Notes: generated by a model from the sequence alone, not told the origin. A stretch of 64,000 nt of DNA from Acutalibacteraceae bacterium (GCA_045640745.1 JAZUFQ010000049.1:724-64723); one strand, 5' to 3'. Counted from the stretch's first letter, positions 35,712 through 45,142 are shown. Made by a program: numbers and translations.

Positions 35712-36143
35712 ATGGATATTTGTGAGAAAATTGCTTACATCAGCGGTCTTACCGAGGGTTTAGACCTTGACAAGACTACAAAAGAAGGTAAAATTCTTGC
35801 CGCCGTTATTGAGCTTTTAGAGGATATTACCGAAGAAATCTGCGATATTGAAGACGCTTGCGACGATATGAGCGAACAGCTTGATGCTGTTGACGAGGAC
35901 CTTTCCCGTCTTGAAGATATTGTTTATGAAGATGACTGCGATTGCGACTGTGACTGTGACTGCGGTTGTTGTGATGACGACGAGCTTTATGAGATAGAAT
36001 GTCCTAACTGCCACGATACAATTTATCTTGATGAGGATATGCTCGAAGACGAGGGAATAGAATGTCCCAACTGCGGTACTTCTCTTGAATTTGATTTTGA
36101 CTGCGACTGTGATTGTTGCGAAGATGAAGAAACCGCAGAATAA
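35712..36143 (+). CDS. Extremely acidic Asp/Cys-repeat protein with a CPNC...CPNC zinc ribbon (function unknown)
   Basis: 143 aa, SD AAGGAGA. Helical acidic N-half, DCDCDCDCDCGCCDDD, then IECPNCHDTIYLDEDMLEDEGIECPNCGTSL, then DFDCDCDCCEDEE. A strong terminator follows. Confidence 0.75.
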   Translation: MDICEKIAYISGLTEGLDLDKTTKEGKILAAVIELLEDITEEICDIEDACDDMSEQLDAVDEDLSRLEDIVYEDDCDCDCDCDCGCCDDDELYEIECPNCHDTIYLDEDMLEDEGIECPNCGTSLEFDFDCDCDCCEDEETAE

Positions 36144-36160
36144 TTTGTTTTTTACTACTT

Positions 36161-36197
36161 GCCGCACTGTGCTCTGATGAGTTAGTGCGGCTTTTTT
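36161..36197 (+). terminator. Rho-independent terminator after the efp two-gene unit
   Basis: gccgcact (36161-36168) pairs with agtgcggc (36184-36191), followed by tttttt. Confidence 0.8.
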
Positions 36198-36211
36198 AGA
36201 GGTAAACGAAA

Positions 36212-36955
36212 ATGGAGCTTACGAAAAGTGTTTTAAGCTATGAAACGGTTGACAGCGCTGTAAAGCCGTTGCCCGTAATTATCGTTGCGGCAGGCAGTTC
36301 AACAAGAATGAACGGGGTTAATAAACAATTTTTAGCCATAAATAATGTCCCCGTAATAATTAAGACCATTCTCAAATTTGAAAGCAGTAATTATATTAAA
36401 AACATAATCGTTGTCACCAAAAAAGACGATATTTTAAGTTTGCAAAAGCTTTTGGAGGATTATAAAATCACAAAAGTTTCGGATATTGTCGAGGGCGGAA
36501 GCAATAGAACAGAGTCGGTAAAAAACGGGATAAATGCTCTTGACAGATGCGAGAGAAAAGTTCTTATTCACGACGGTGCAAGACCGTTTGTTACCGAAAA
36601 AATGATTAAGGATGTTTGTGTTGCGCTTAAAACCGCCGACTGCGCCGTTCTTGCAAATAAGGTCGTTGACACCGTAAAACAAACCGACGGCGAAAATATG
36701 ATAATAAATACGCTTGACCGAAACCTTGTATTTCTTGCCCAAACTCCGCAGGGGGTAAATGTTTCAAAATACCGTTTTGCTCTTAATTCGCTTGATATAG
36801 AAAACTACACCGACGATTCTTCGCTTATGGAGGCAATGGGGTATAAGTCGGTTATTTGCGAATCAAACTGGCGAAACATTAAAATAACCGTTTTAGAGGA
36901 TATACCCATTGCAAACTTACTTGCAAAAATCGAGGAGGAAGAAAAATGCGAATAG
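36212..36955 (+). CDS. ispD: 2-C-methyl-D-erythritol 4-phosphate cytidylyltransferase
   Basis: [12 protein letters not shown] (P-loop-like), IHDGARPF and AQTPQG motifs. Confidence 0.85.
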   Translation: MELTKSVLSYETVDSAVKPLPVIIVAAGSSTRMNGVNKQFLAINNVPVIIKTILKFESSNYIKNIIVVTKKDDILSLQKLLEDYKITKVSDIVEGGSNRTESVKNGINALDRCERKVLIHDGARPFVTEKMIKDVCVALKTADCAVLANKVVDTVKQTDGENMIINTLDRNLVFLAQTPQGVNVSKYRFALNSLDIENYTDDSSLMEAMGYKSVICESNWRNIKITVLEDIPIANLLAKIEEEEKCE

Positions 36956-37413
36956 GACACGGCTACGATGTTCATAGGTTAACGGAAAACAGACAACTTA
37001 TTATCGGCGGAGTCGAAATTCCTTATGAAAAAGGGCTTCTCGGCCATTCCGATGCCGATGTTTTACTGCACGCAATATGTGATGCGCTTTTGGGCGCCGC
37101 CGCTATGGGTGATATAGGAAAGCATTTTCCCGATACCGACGAAAAATATAAGGGTATAAGCTCGCTTGTTCTTTTAAGTAAAGTCGGCGATTTGTTAAAA
37201 GAAAAAGGTTTTTCGGTTGTTAATATTGATTCGACTATTATCGCAGAGAAACCTAAAATGTCGCCGTATATAGAAAAAATGCGTGAAAATATTGCAAAAG
37301 CACTTTGTACCGATATAAATAACATCAGCGTAAAAGCAACGACCGAGGAGGGACTCGGTTTTTCGGGCAAGGGTGACGGTATATGCGCCCATGCAGTTTG
37401 TATCATTGAATAG
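36946..37413 (+). CDS. ispF: 2-C-methyl-D-erythritol 2,4-cyclodiphosphate synthase
   Basis: [31 protein letters not shown] and [11 protein letters not shown]. Confidence 0.95.
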   Translation: MRIGHGYDVHRLTENRQLIIGGVEIPYEKGLLGHSDADVLLHAICDALLGAAAMGDIGKHFPDTDEKYKGISSLVLLSKVGDLLKEKGFSVVNIDSTIIAEKPKMSPYIEKMRENIAKALCTDINNISVKATTEEGLGFSGKGDGICAHAVCIIE

Positions 37414-37463
37414 GTAATATAAACATATAAGCATTCATAATCTTTTTTTAAGGGGATGATTGC

Positions 37464-37928
37464 TTGAAACTGTATTTTACTTTTACCAAAAAAGCTTTGG
37501 CGTGTTTTTTGTGTCTTGCTTTTCTTGCGTTGCTGTTTGTTTCAAAATACGAAACATTGGCGGTAGGAAACAAAAACGGCGAAACCTGTCAAAACCGAAT
37601 TTTGTTTTTGGAAAAAATCGGCTGTAAGGCGGACGAAAATTCACAAAGCAGGAAAACCGTAACTATTCCTTATGAGTTTAATGATGTTTATGAAAATTAT
37701 AACAAACTGCAACAAAAGGCAGGGTACGATTTATCGCTTTATAAAGGATGTAAATGCGATATTTATTCATATTCGGTAAAAGAGTTTATGTACGAAAAAG
37801 ATGCGACATACTTTAATGCAAATTTAATTGTTTATAACGGGAGAATAATAGGGGGAGATATTTCGTCGGCTGAACTTGACGGCAATATGTACCCGCTTTG
37901 TAAGAAAAATGAAAAAGCAAAGACTTGA
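37464..37928 (+). CDS. Membrane-anchored hypothetical protein (DUF4830-like)
   Basis: TTG start with AAGGGGA 7 nt upstream. N-terminal TM segment. 154 aa. Confidence 0.5.
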   Translation: MKLYFTFTKKALACFLCLAFLALLFVSKYETLAVGNKNGETCQNRILFLEKIGCKADENSQSRKTVTIPYEFNDVYENYNKLQQKAGYDLSLYKGCKCDIYSYSVKEFMYEKDATYFNANLIVYNGRIIGGDISSAELDGNMYPLCKKNEKAKT

Positions 37929-38616
37929 CAGATTTATTTCAAATCAGCTTAATATTCCGAGAAATATGGCAAAAACGCAGATACACCGTGGAAAAGTAAA
38001 GGTTGGGGACACTGTTATAAGGGACCCGTCTTTTATCTTTGACATTGAAACAAACTCGGTTACATATAAGGATAATAAGGTAGAGTACAGCGAATACCGA
38101 TATATCCTTATGAATAAGCCGAAAGGTGTGCTTTGCGCTACCGAGGACAAAAATCAAAAAACGGTTATTGATTTAATACCCGAAAATATGAAAAGAAAAA
38201 ATCTTTCTCCTGTCGGACGGCTCGATAAGGATACTACGGGACTTTTGATAATAACCGACGACGGCGATTTTGCCCATAGATGTATAACACCGTCTAAAAA
38301 TGTCGGAAAAACTTATGTTGCTACTCTTGACGGAAAACTTACAGAAGATATGATTAAAATATTTTCGGACGGTGTAACGCTTGTCGACAAAACCGTTTGC
38401 AAACCTGCAAAGCTCGAAATACTCGACGATTTTAATGCAAAACTCACCATTTTTGAGGGAAAATACCATCAAATTAAGCGTATGTTCGGCACCGTAGGGC
38501 TCGGTGTAAATGAACTCAAAAGGGTTGCAGTCGGGGATTTTTATCTGCCAGATGATATGGAACTCGGCGAATGCAGAATACTTACAAATTACGATTTAAC
38601 CAAAATGAAAGTCTGA
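37909..38616 (+). CDS. rsuA: Pseudouridine synthase, RsuA/RluB family (S4 domain plus catalytic domain)
   Basis: The MKKQRLDRFISNQL... S4 domain. VGRLDKDTTGLLIITDDG contains the catalytic Asp motif. KYHQIKRMF is also present. Confidence 0.8.
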   Translation: MKKQRLDRFISNQLNIPRNMAKTQIHRGKVKVGDTVIRDPSFIFDIETNSVTYKDNKVEYSEYRYILMNKPKGVLCATEDKNQKTVIDLIPENMKRKNLSPVGRLDKDTTGLLIITDDGDFAHRCITPSKNVGKTYVATLDGKLTEDMIKIFSDGVTLVDKTVCKPAKLEILDDFNAKLTIFEGKYHQIKRMFGTVGLGVNELKRVAVGDFYLPDDMELGECRILTNYDLTKMKV

Positions 38617-38665
38617 ATATACAAATTTAACAAAATAGTACAAACAACATTGTGCTAAATATTGA

Positions 38666-38693
38666 TTGAATTTTTAGGGTTTTGTGGTATAAT
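38666..38693 (+). promoter_or_regulatory. Sigma-A-type promoter (extended -10) of the ABC ATPase gene
   Basis: TTGAAT, 16 nt, with TGg immediately before TATAAT. Confidence 0.5.
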
Positions 38694-38751
38694 ATGATTG
38701 TATTATGTATGCATATGCGCTAATTGGGCGCAAATTTAGGAGGTAAAAATT

Positions 38752-39894
38752 ATGGCAAGTTTGTCACTTCGCAATGTGTACAAGAGATATCCGGGCGGCG
38801 TTACTGCCGTTTCCGACTTTAACCTTGAAATTAAAGATAAGGAGTTTATCATTCTTGTAGGACCTTCCGGTTGCGGTAAGTCCACAACGCTCAGAATGGT
38901 TGCCGGCCTTGAAGAAATTTCAGAGGGTGAAATCTATATCGGAGATCGTCTTGTAAACGATGTTGCACCGAAAGACCGTGATATCGCAATGGTTTTCCAG
39001 AACTATGCGCTTTATCCTCATATGACTGTATTTGATAATATGGCATTCGGTCTTAAACTTCGTAAAACTTCAAAGGATGAAATTAAGAGAAGAGTTGAAG
39101 AAGCTGCTCGTACTCTTGATATTGAGCATTTGTTAGAGCGTAAGCCGAAGGCTTTGTCCGGCGGTCAGCGTCAGCGTGTTGCACTTGGCCGTGCTATCGT
39201 TCGTGAGCCAAAGGTATTCTTGCTCGACGAGCCGTTGTCTAACCTTGATGCTAAACTCCGTGCGCAAATGCGTACCGAGATTTCTAAAATCCATCAGCGT
39301 CTCGGAACAACATTTATCTATGTAACCCATGACCAGACCGAAGCTATGACAATGGGTACCCGTATCGTTGTTATGAAGAGCGGTCTTATTCAGCAGGTTG
39401 ATACTCCTCAAAACCTTTACCGTTATCCTTGCAACCTCTTCGTTGCCGGATTTATCGGTTCGCCTCAGATGAACTTTATTGATGCCGTTCTTCTTAAAGA
39501 AGGCAAAGATTTTTATGTTGAGTACGGTACTGAGGATACAAAGACCCGTGCAGGTGTTAAGTATAAGATTAAGTTGCCGGCCGATAAGAATAAGGACGAT
39601 TGCCTTGTTCCTTATGTTGGTAAGGAAATCATTATGGGTATCCGTCCTGAGGATGTTCACGATGAGCCCGAGCTTATCGCCGCTAATCCGGACGGTAGAG
39701 TTGAAGCTAATGTTGAAGTTACCGAGCTTATGGGTGCTGAAACCTATCTTTATATGAACAGTGAGGAGCAGACAATCAATGCTCGTGTTGCTCCTGAATC
39801 TACCGCTAAACCGGGTGATAAGATTACTATCGCTCTTGAAACCTCTAAGATTCATTTGTTCGATAAGGATACCGAAATGACAATTACTAACTGA
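38752..39894 (+). CDS. msmX: Stand-alone sugar-ABC-importer ATPase (MsmX/MalK/UgpC family)
   Basis: GPSGCGKST Walker A, LSGGQRQRVALGRA signature, LLDEPLSNLD Walker B, and a C-terminal TOBE-like regulatory domain. There is no permease or binding-protein gene nearby. Confidence 0.85.
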   Translation: MASLSLRNVYKRYPGGVTAVSDFNLEIKDKEFIILVGPSGCGKSTTLRMVAGLEEISEGEIYIGDRLVNDVAPKDRDIAMVFQNYALYPHMTVFDNMAFGLKLRKTSKDEIKRRVEEAARTLDIEHLLERKPKALSGGQRQRVALGRAIVREPKVFLLDEPLSNLDAKLRAQMRTEISKIHQRLGTTFIYVTHDQTEAMTMGTRIVVMKSGLIQQVDTPQNLYRYPCNLFVAGFIGSPQMNFIDAVLLKEGKDFYVEYGTEDTKTRAGVKYKIKLPADKNKDDCLVPYVGKEIIMGIRPEDVHDEPELIAANPDGRVEANVEVTELMGAETYLYMNSEEQTINARVAPESTAKPGDKITIALETSKIHLFDKDTEMTITN

Positions 39895-39908
39895 TAGTTA
39901 ATAATTTT

Positions 39909-39941
39909 TCCGCATTGCTTTTTGGCAATGCGGATTTTTTT
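39909..39941 (+). terminator. Rho-independent terminator after the ABC ATPase
   Basis: tccgcattgc-tttttg-gcaatgcgga followed by ttttttt. Confidence 0.85.
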
Positions 39942-39942
39942 A

Positions 39943-39971
39943 TTGCAAAAAATGTAAAAGAATAGTATAAT
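39943..39971 (+). promoter_or_regulatory. Sigma-A-type promoter of tepA-ftsK
   Basis: TTGCAA, 17 nt, TATAAT. Confidence 0.6.
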
Positions 39972-40022
39972 TACTATGTATAGATTTTGTTTTTGCCGAA
40001 ACACTATATTTGGGTGAAAACT

Positions 40023-40697
40023 ATGGAAAATGAAAACAATAATAAAACAGCAAATGACGACATTAAAGAATACGGTGTTACTCGGCTTGACGGTAAGCAC
40101 AATATTTACTGCATAACCATTATCGGCGAAATAGAAGGACATAATGTTTTGCCCGAACAAAGCAAAACTACCAAGTATGAGCATATTATTCCGCAGCTTG
40201 TTGCTATTGAGCAAAGCAGTGAAATAGAGGGGCTTATCATAATTCTTAACACGGTAGGCGGCGATGTTGAAGCAGGTCTTGCTATTGCCGAGCTTATTTC
40301 GGGTATGAAAACACCGACTGTTTCTTTTGTTTTGGGTGGCGGACATTCAATAGGCGTGCCGCTTGCTGTTTCGGCTAAAAAATCGTTTATTGCGCCGTCG
40401 GCTACAATGACCATTCATCCTGTCAGGACAAGCGGACTTATAATCGGTGTTCCGCAAACTATGAATCATTTTGCGAAAATGCAGGAGAGAATTACAAACT
40501 TTGTTATAAGAAATTCAAAAATCAAAAGGAAAAAATTTACCGATTTAATGATGAATACGGGTGAGCTTATTACCGATGTCGGTACAACGGTTTGCGGAAA
40601 AGATGCCGTTGAAATCGGGCTTATCGACAATGTCGGGGCTTTAAGCGATGTTATTGAAGAATTAAATCGTATGATAGAAAACAATTCTGCTTTATAG
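40023..40697 (+). CDS. tepA: ClpP-fold protein, TepA (translocation-enhancing protein)-like
   Basis: [31 protein letters not shown] and TIHPV motifs. It sits directly upstream of ftsK/spoIIIE, as in B. subtilis. ATG at 40023. Confidence 0.7.
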   Translation: MENENNNKTANDDIKEYGVTRLDGKHNIYCITIIGEIEGHNVLPEQSKTTKYEHIIPQLVAIEQSSEIEGLIIILNTVGGDVEAGLAIAELISGMKTPTVSFVLGGGHSIGVPLAVSAKKSFIAPSATMTIHPVRTSGLIIGVPQTMNHFAKMQERITNFVIRNSKIKRKKFTDLMMNTGELITDVGTTVCGKDAVEIGLIDNVGALSDVIEELNRMIENNSAL

Positions 40698-40714
40698 CGG
40701 AATCTTAGGCTGAT

Positions 40715-40755
40715 AAGAATAATCCGCCCTCAAAAACCGAGTTCGGATTATTCTT
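40715..40755 (+). other. Perfect 12-bp stem-loop between tepA and ftsK, without a U-tract
   Basis: aagaataatccg (40715-40726) pairs with cggattattctt (40744-40755) around a 17-nt loop. It is followed by gttagg rather than a T-run. Confidence 0.5.
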
Positions 40756-40782
40756 GTTAGGTAAAAAAAGGAGAGTACATAA

Positions 40783-43185
40783 ATGGCAACAAAGAAGCGC
40801 AGCAGTGCTGCTTCAAAGAAGAATGAACAACAGTATGCAAATAAGGAGTTAAAAGCAATAATTCTTTTTGCGGTTGCTTTATTTGTTTTGGCTGTGGTAA
40901 TTATTAAGGGGCAAAATTTCTGGACAAAAATGCACGAATTTGTTTTCGGTGTTTTCGGAATAGCGTCCTATTTATATCCGTTTCTTATCGGATTTTTTGC
41001 GGTTGCGATTGTTGCCGATAAGCGAAGAAAACTAATGTCAAAAGCGATAGAAAGTTCGATTTTTGTCGTTTTGTTAGGTGCTTTTTCAAGTGTTGTAGTT
41101 TTGGATACATCTAAAAATGTTTCTTTCGGCGAACAGCTTTTTGATGCCTACGACAACGGAATAAAGTATAAAGGCGGAGGATTTTTGGGCGGCTTGATAG
41201 GAAATCCGCTTTGTAACGGTTTCGGTAAAGCGGCCGCTATCGTAACACTTCTTATTTTGATGTTTGTATTCTTTATGATAGTATCGGGCACAACCCTTGC
41301 GGCGCTTTATAAGGCGATGTCAAAGCCGGTTAAGGCGGTTTCAAAGCAAGCTGAGGAGGTTTATGCCGAAAGAGTAAGCAAGAGCGAAGAAAATGACGGC
41401 GAAAAGAAAGCAAAACTACGCATACTCAAAGGTTTTGATATTGATATTCCCGTTGACGACAATAAACCTACTCAAAAAGACGAGTATTTAGACGATAATA
41501 AGCAAAAGCTTATTGATACATATAATGACGAAGAAATCGAAAGTAAAAAGATAGAAGAGCCGAGCAAAATTACCCAAGAAGACCCGTTATTTGCGGAAAA
41601 TCCTCCCGAAGAGGAACAGCCACCGCTTAAAAAGATTAAGGTTGATTTTGAAAAGGAAACTGCTGATGTTATAAATGAAATCAGCACAACAAAAGAAATT
41701 CCGCATTATAAATATCCGCCTTTTGAACTCTTAAACAAAACCAATTCTTCCGATGTTAAGGTGCTTTCAAAGGAGCTTGACCTTACTGCCGAGCGCCTTG
41801 TTGAGGTGCTTAAAAGCTTCGGTGTTGAAACGAGAGTTTTAGATGTCAGCAAAGGCCCTACCGTTACAAGATACGAGCTTCAACCATGCGCCGGTGTAAA
41901 GATAAGCAAAATTACGGGGCTTGCCGATGATATTGCGCTTAACCTTGCTACCGCAGGCGTAAGAATTGAAGCGCCTATTCCGAATAAAGCGGCTGTCGGC
42001 ATTGAGGTGCCTAATAAGGCAAGCGCAACCGTAGGGGTTAGAGAAATTATCGAGTCTTCTTCATTCCAAAGCTCAAAGAGTAAGCTAACCGTTGCTATGG
42101 GTAGAGATATAGGCGGTAATGTAGTAATTGGCGATATTGCCAAAATGCCACACGGACTTATTGCCGGTGCAACGGGCTCGGGTAAATCGGTTTGTATAAA
42201 TTCAATTATTATGAGTATTCTCTATAAAGCAACACCCGACGAGGTAAAGCTTTTAATGATTGACCCGAAGGTTGTTGAACTTGGCGTTTACAACGGTATT
42301 CCGCATTTGCTTGTGCCCGTTGTAACTGAGCCACGCAAAGCCGCAGGTGCGCTCGGTTGGGCTGTAACCGAAATGGAAAAGCGGTATGCTATGTTTGCCG
42401 ACAGAGGAGTCAGAGATATTGAGGGCTATAACAAGCTTGTTGATACGCTTATCGACGAGCCCGAGGTTAAAAAGATGCCTCATATCGTTATTATTATCGA
42501 CGAGCTTGCCGACCTTATGATGACGGCGCCTAACGAGGTTGAAGATTCCATTAACCGTATCGCCGCCAAGGCAAGAGCCGCAGGAATGCATTTGCTTATC
42601 GCAACTCAAAGACCGTCGGTTGATGTTGTTACGGGTGTAATTAAAGCAAATATCCCGACGAGAGTCGCTTTTGCGGTTTCGTCCCAAATCGACAGCCGAA
42701 CAATACTTGATTCGGGCGGTGCCGAGAAACTGCTCGGTAAGGGCGATATGCTCTTTAACCCGATTGGTTCGACAAAGCCGAAGCGTGTTCAGGGTTGTTT
42801 TGTAAGTGATAAAGAGGTTGAAAAGGTCGTTTCCTTTGTAAAGCGCAGTGCGAGTGCCGACTATGACGACGACATTATGTTTGAAATAGAGCGTCAGGCG
42901 GCTATTGAAAAGCAAAAGAAAACGGGAATTCCCGAAGACGGAGCGAATGATGACGACCCGTTGCTTAATGATGCTGTTCTTTGCGTTATCGAAAACGGAC
43001 AGGCATCAACATCGCTTCTTCAAAGAAAATTAAAGCTCGGTTATGCGAGAGCGGCGAGAATAATCGACGAAATGGAAACAAGAGGTGTTGTCGGGCCTTA
43101 CGAGGGCTCAAAGCCGAGAAAGGTTTTAATAACAAAAGACCAGTATATGGAACAGCAGGCAACATCTTCGGATGAAGAAGTATGA
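40783..43185 (+). CDS. ftsK: DNA translocase FtsK/SpoIIIE
   Basis: N-terminal TM segments, an acidic linker, motor domain GATGSGKSV and IIIDELADLM, and a C-terminal gamma (winged-helix) domain ASTSLLQRKLKLGYARAARIID. Confidence 0.9.
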   Translation: MATKKRSSAASKKNEQQYANKELKAIILFAVALFVLAVVIIKGQNFWTKMHEFVFGVFGIASYLYPFLIGFFAVAIVADKRRKLMSKAIESSIFVVLLGAFSSVVVLDTSKNVSFGEQLFDAYDNGIKYKGGGFLGGLIGNPLCNGFGKAAAIVTLLILMFVFFMIVSGTTLAALYKAMSKPVKAVSKQAEEVYAERVSKSEENDGEKKAKLRILKGFDIDIPVDDNKPTQKDEYLDDNKQKLIDTYNDEEIESKKIEEPSKITQEDPLFAENPPEEEQPPLKKIKVDFEKETADVINEISTTKEIPHYKYPPFELLNKTNSSDVKVLSKELDLTAERLVEVLKSFGVETRVLDVSKGPTVTRYELQPCAGVKISKITGLADDIALNLATAGVRIEAPIPNKAAVGIEVPNKASATVGVREIIESSSFQSSKSKLTVAMGRDIGGNVVIGDIAKMPHGLIAGATGSGKSVCINSIIMSILYKATPDEVKLLMIDPKVVELGVYNGIPHLLVPVVTEPRKAAGALGWAVTEMEKRYAMFADRGVRDIEGYNKLVDTLIDEPEVKKMPHIVIIIDELADLMMTAPNEVEDSINRIAAKARAAGMHLLIATQRPSVDVVTGVIKANIPTRVAFAVSSQIDSRTILDSGGAEKLLGKGDMLFNPIGSTKPKRVQGCFVSDKEVEKVVSFVKRSASADYDDDIMFEIERQAAIEKQKKTGIPEDGANDDDPLLNDAVLCVIENGQASTSLLQRKLKLGYARAARIIDEMETRGVVGPYEGSKPRKVLITKDQYMEQQATSSDEEV

Positions 43186-44066
43186 ACTATAAGAAGATAA
43201 GAAAAGTTATAATTGCCGTTTGCCTTGTCGCTTCGGTTATTATAAGCTTTATCCGATATATTGAGCGGAGAAATTACACCGAAACGGTAGGCACGTCATC
43301 AATTACCGATAACTATGTTGAGTTTATTGATGTAGGGCAGGGCGACTCGGCGCTTATCGCAAGTAAAGGTAAATACTGCTTAATTGATACGGGCGATAAG
43401 CAAGGGTTTAGCGCTATAAGGCGCACTTTAAGAGAAAAGAACATTAAAACGATAGATGTGCTTATTATATCGCATTATCACGCCGACCATACGGGCGGAC
43501 TATACGATATAGTAAAAGAGTTTGATGTAGAAAATCTTATTTATCCCGCTACGGCAAAGGATACAAATATTTCAAACGATGTGCTTTATGCTAAAAAGGA
43601 ATGTCTTGCAAATGACGGTGAATTTTATAACGCAAAAGCAGGGCAAACGATAAATTTAGGTGATTTCAAGCTGACCGTCCTTTATCAAAGCACAAATCTT
43701 TCGGAAGAAAATAACCGCTCCATATACCTTATGGCAAAAATAAACAATAAAAAGTTTTTGTTTACGGGCGACGGCGAGGTAAACGAGGAACGGCAACTTC
43801 TTAAACAAAATTTGGATATTTACTGCGATGTGTTAAAGGTTGCCCACCACGGCGGAAGCACATCGACAAGTAACGAATTCTTAAATGAATGTGACCCGAG
43901 ATTTGCCGTTATTTCGTGCGGTGAAAATAATATGTACGGACATCCGCACGAAGAAACATTAGACCGCCTTAATTCTAAAAGGGTTAAGACCTACACTACA
44001 ACCAAAAACGGTAATGTGATTTTTTCCGTTGACGGAAATAAAATATCGGTAAATACCGAAAAATGA
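43182..44066 (+). CDS. Membrane-anchored MBL-fold hydrolase (ComEC C-terminal-domain-like)
   Basis: N-terminal TM segment. FIDVGQGDS and ISHYHADHTGG (HxHxDH) motifs. ATGA overlap with ftsK. Confidence 0.75.
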   Translation: MNYKKIRKVIIAVCLVASVIISFIRYIERRNYTETVGTSSITDNYVEFIDVGQGDSALIASKGKYCLIDTGDKQGFSAIRRTLREKNIKTIDVLIISHYHADHTGGLYDIVKEFDVENLIYPATAKDTNISNDVLYAKKECLANDGEFYNAKAGQTINLGDFKLTVLYQSTNLSEENNRSIYLMAKINNKKFLFTGDGEVNEERQLLKQNLDIYCDVLKVAHHGGSTSTSNEFLNECDPRFAVISCGENNMYGHPHEETLDRLNSKRVKTYTTTKNGNVIFSVDGNKISVNTEK

Positions 44067-44077
44067 TAATTCTACCC

Positions 44078-44120
44078 GCAGTAGAGTCAAAAAATTTGGC
44101 TCTACTGCTCTTCTTTTATT
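44078..44120 (+). terminator. Candidate terminator after the MBL-fold gene
   Basis: gcagtagag (44078-44086) pairs with ctctactgc (44100-44108), followed by a T-rich tail tcttcttttattt. Confidence 0.55.
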
Positions 44121-44206
44121 TGTAGAACCGAAAATTCTTGCAGTAGGTTTATATTTCCCGATTTTTGTTTAGAATAATAGTATAAACGAAAAAAGGAGAA
44201 TAAAAT

Positions 44207-45097
44207 ATGTCATCAGAATTTATTATTTCCTGCGAATCAACCGCCGATATAGAATACTCTTTCTTTGAAAAAAGGAAAATTCCCGTAATATTTTATCATT
44301 ATATTATTGACGGTGAGGAATTTCCCGACAATATGGGAAGAAACAAAAGATATGTAGATGAATTTTATAATAAAATGTCTAAAAACATTCTTCCTACAAC
44401 CTCGCAAATAAATGAATATAATTATTATGAATTTTTTAAGAGTATAATAAAAGAAAATAAAAAGATTTTGCATATTGCTTTCGGCTCGGGAATGACGCCG
44501 TCGGTTAATAATGCCGTATCTGCGGCTGAAAAAATAAATGAAGAGTTAAATGAAGATAAAATCACGGTGATTGATTCAAAATGTTCTTCGGGCGGATACG
44601 GACTGCTCGTAGCTTTGTCTTATGAGTTTATGGAAAAGGGAAACACTCTCGAAAATACGGTTAAGTATATAAATTCGGTTTCATATAAAATACATCATCA
44701 GTTTTTTGCTACCGAGATGAAATACTTAAAGCGCTCGGGCAGGGTTTCGGGCGCTACCGCTACCGTTGCCACGATTTTAGGTATTTGTCCTATTATGCAC
44801 CTAAATAAAGAGGGTAAAATAATCGCATACGCAAGGGCGAGAGGAAAAAGAAAAGCAATAGAATTTACACTTGACGAAATGATAAACCACGCCGAAAACG
44901 GACTTAAATATGACGGCTTATGTTTTATAAATCATTCAAATTGTTTAGAAGACGCAAAGTTGCTCAAAAAAGAAATCGAAAGCAAATTCAAAAATCTTAA
45001 AAATAAGGTGCAGATAAGAGATATAGGCACGGTTGTCGCAACCCATTGCGGAGCGGGTACGGTAGCACTTTTCTTTGTGGGTGATGAAAGAGAATAA
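44207..45097 (+). CDS. DegV-family fatty-acid-binding protein
   Basis: 296 aa. SCESTADI at the N-terminus, PTTSQ, and SGRVSGA. SD aaggaga. Confidence 0.8.
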   Translation: MSSEFIISCESTADIEYSFFEKRKIPVIFYHYIIDGEEFPDNMGRNKRYVDEFYNKMSKNILPTTSQINEYNYYEFFKSIIKENKKILHIAFGSGMTPSVNNAVSAAEKINEELNEDKITVIDSKCSSGGYGLLVALSYEFMEKGNTLENTVKYINSVSYKIHHQFFATEMKYLKRSGRVSGATATVATILGICPIMHLNKEGKIIAYARARGKRKAIEFTLDEMINHAENGLKYDGLCFINHSNCLEDAKLLKKEIESKFKNLKNKVQIRDIGTVVATHCGAGTVALFFVGDERE

Positions 45098-45132
45098 AAA
45101 ACGGCTTGCAGGTAATCTGCAAGCCGTTTTTT
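45095..45132. terminator. Bidirectional rho-independent terminator (degV and aspS)
   Basis: aaaaaacggcttgcag-gtaat-ctgcaagccgtttttt is a perfect palindrome with A and T runs on both sides. Confidence 0.9.
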
Positions 45133-45142
45133 ATATGTTTGT

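Noticed and set aside
39133-39855. A 240-aa ORF antisense to the msmX-like ABC ATPase gene, long for an AT-leaning genome.
   Set aside because: It lies in the codon-aligned antisense frame of a gene that largely avoids the sense codons TTA, CTA and TCA, whose reverse complements are stop codons. The translation is low-complexity with no motif, SD or promoter. It is a codon-bias artefact.
39852-40346. A 164-aa - strand ORF across the msmX terminator, the tepA promoter and the 5' end of tepA.
   Set aside because: It spans a strong terminator and a consensus promoter on the other strand, and its translation is Ile/Phe/Asn-rich AT-driven sequence.
42253-42915. A 220-aa ORF antisense to the ftsK motor domain.
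   Set aside because: The explanation is the same antisense frame of a conserved, codon-biased region. It has no SD and no recognisable domain.
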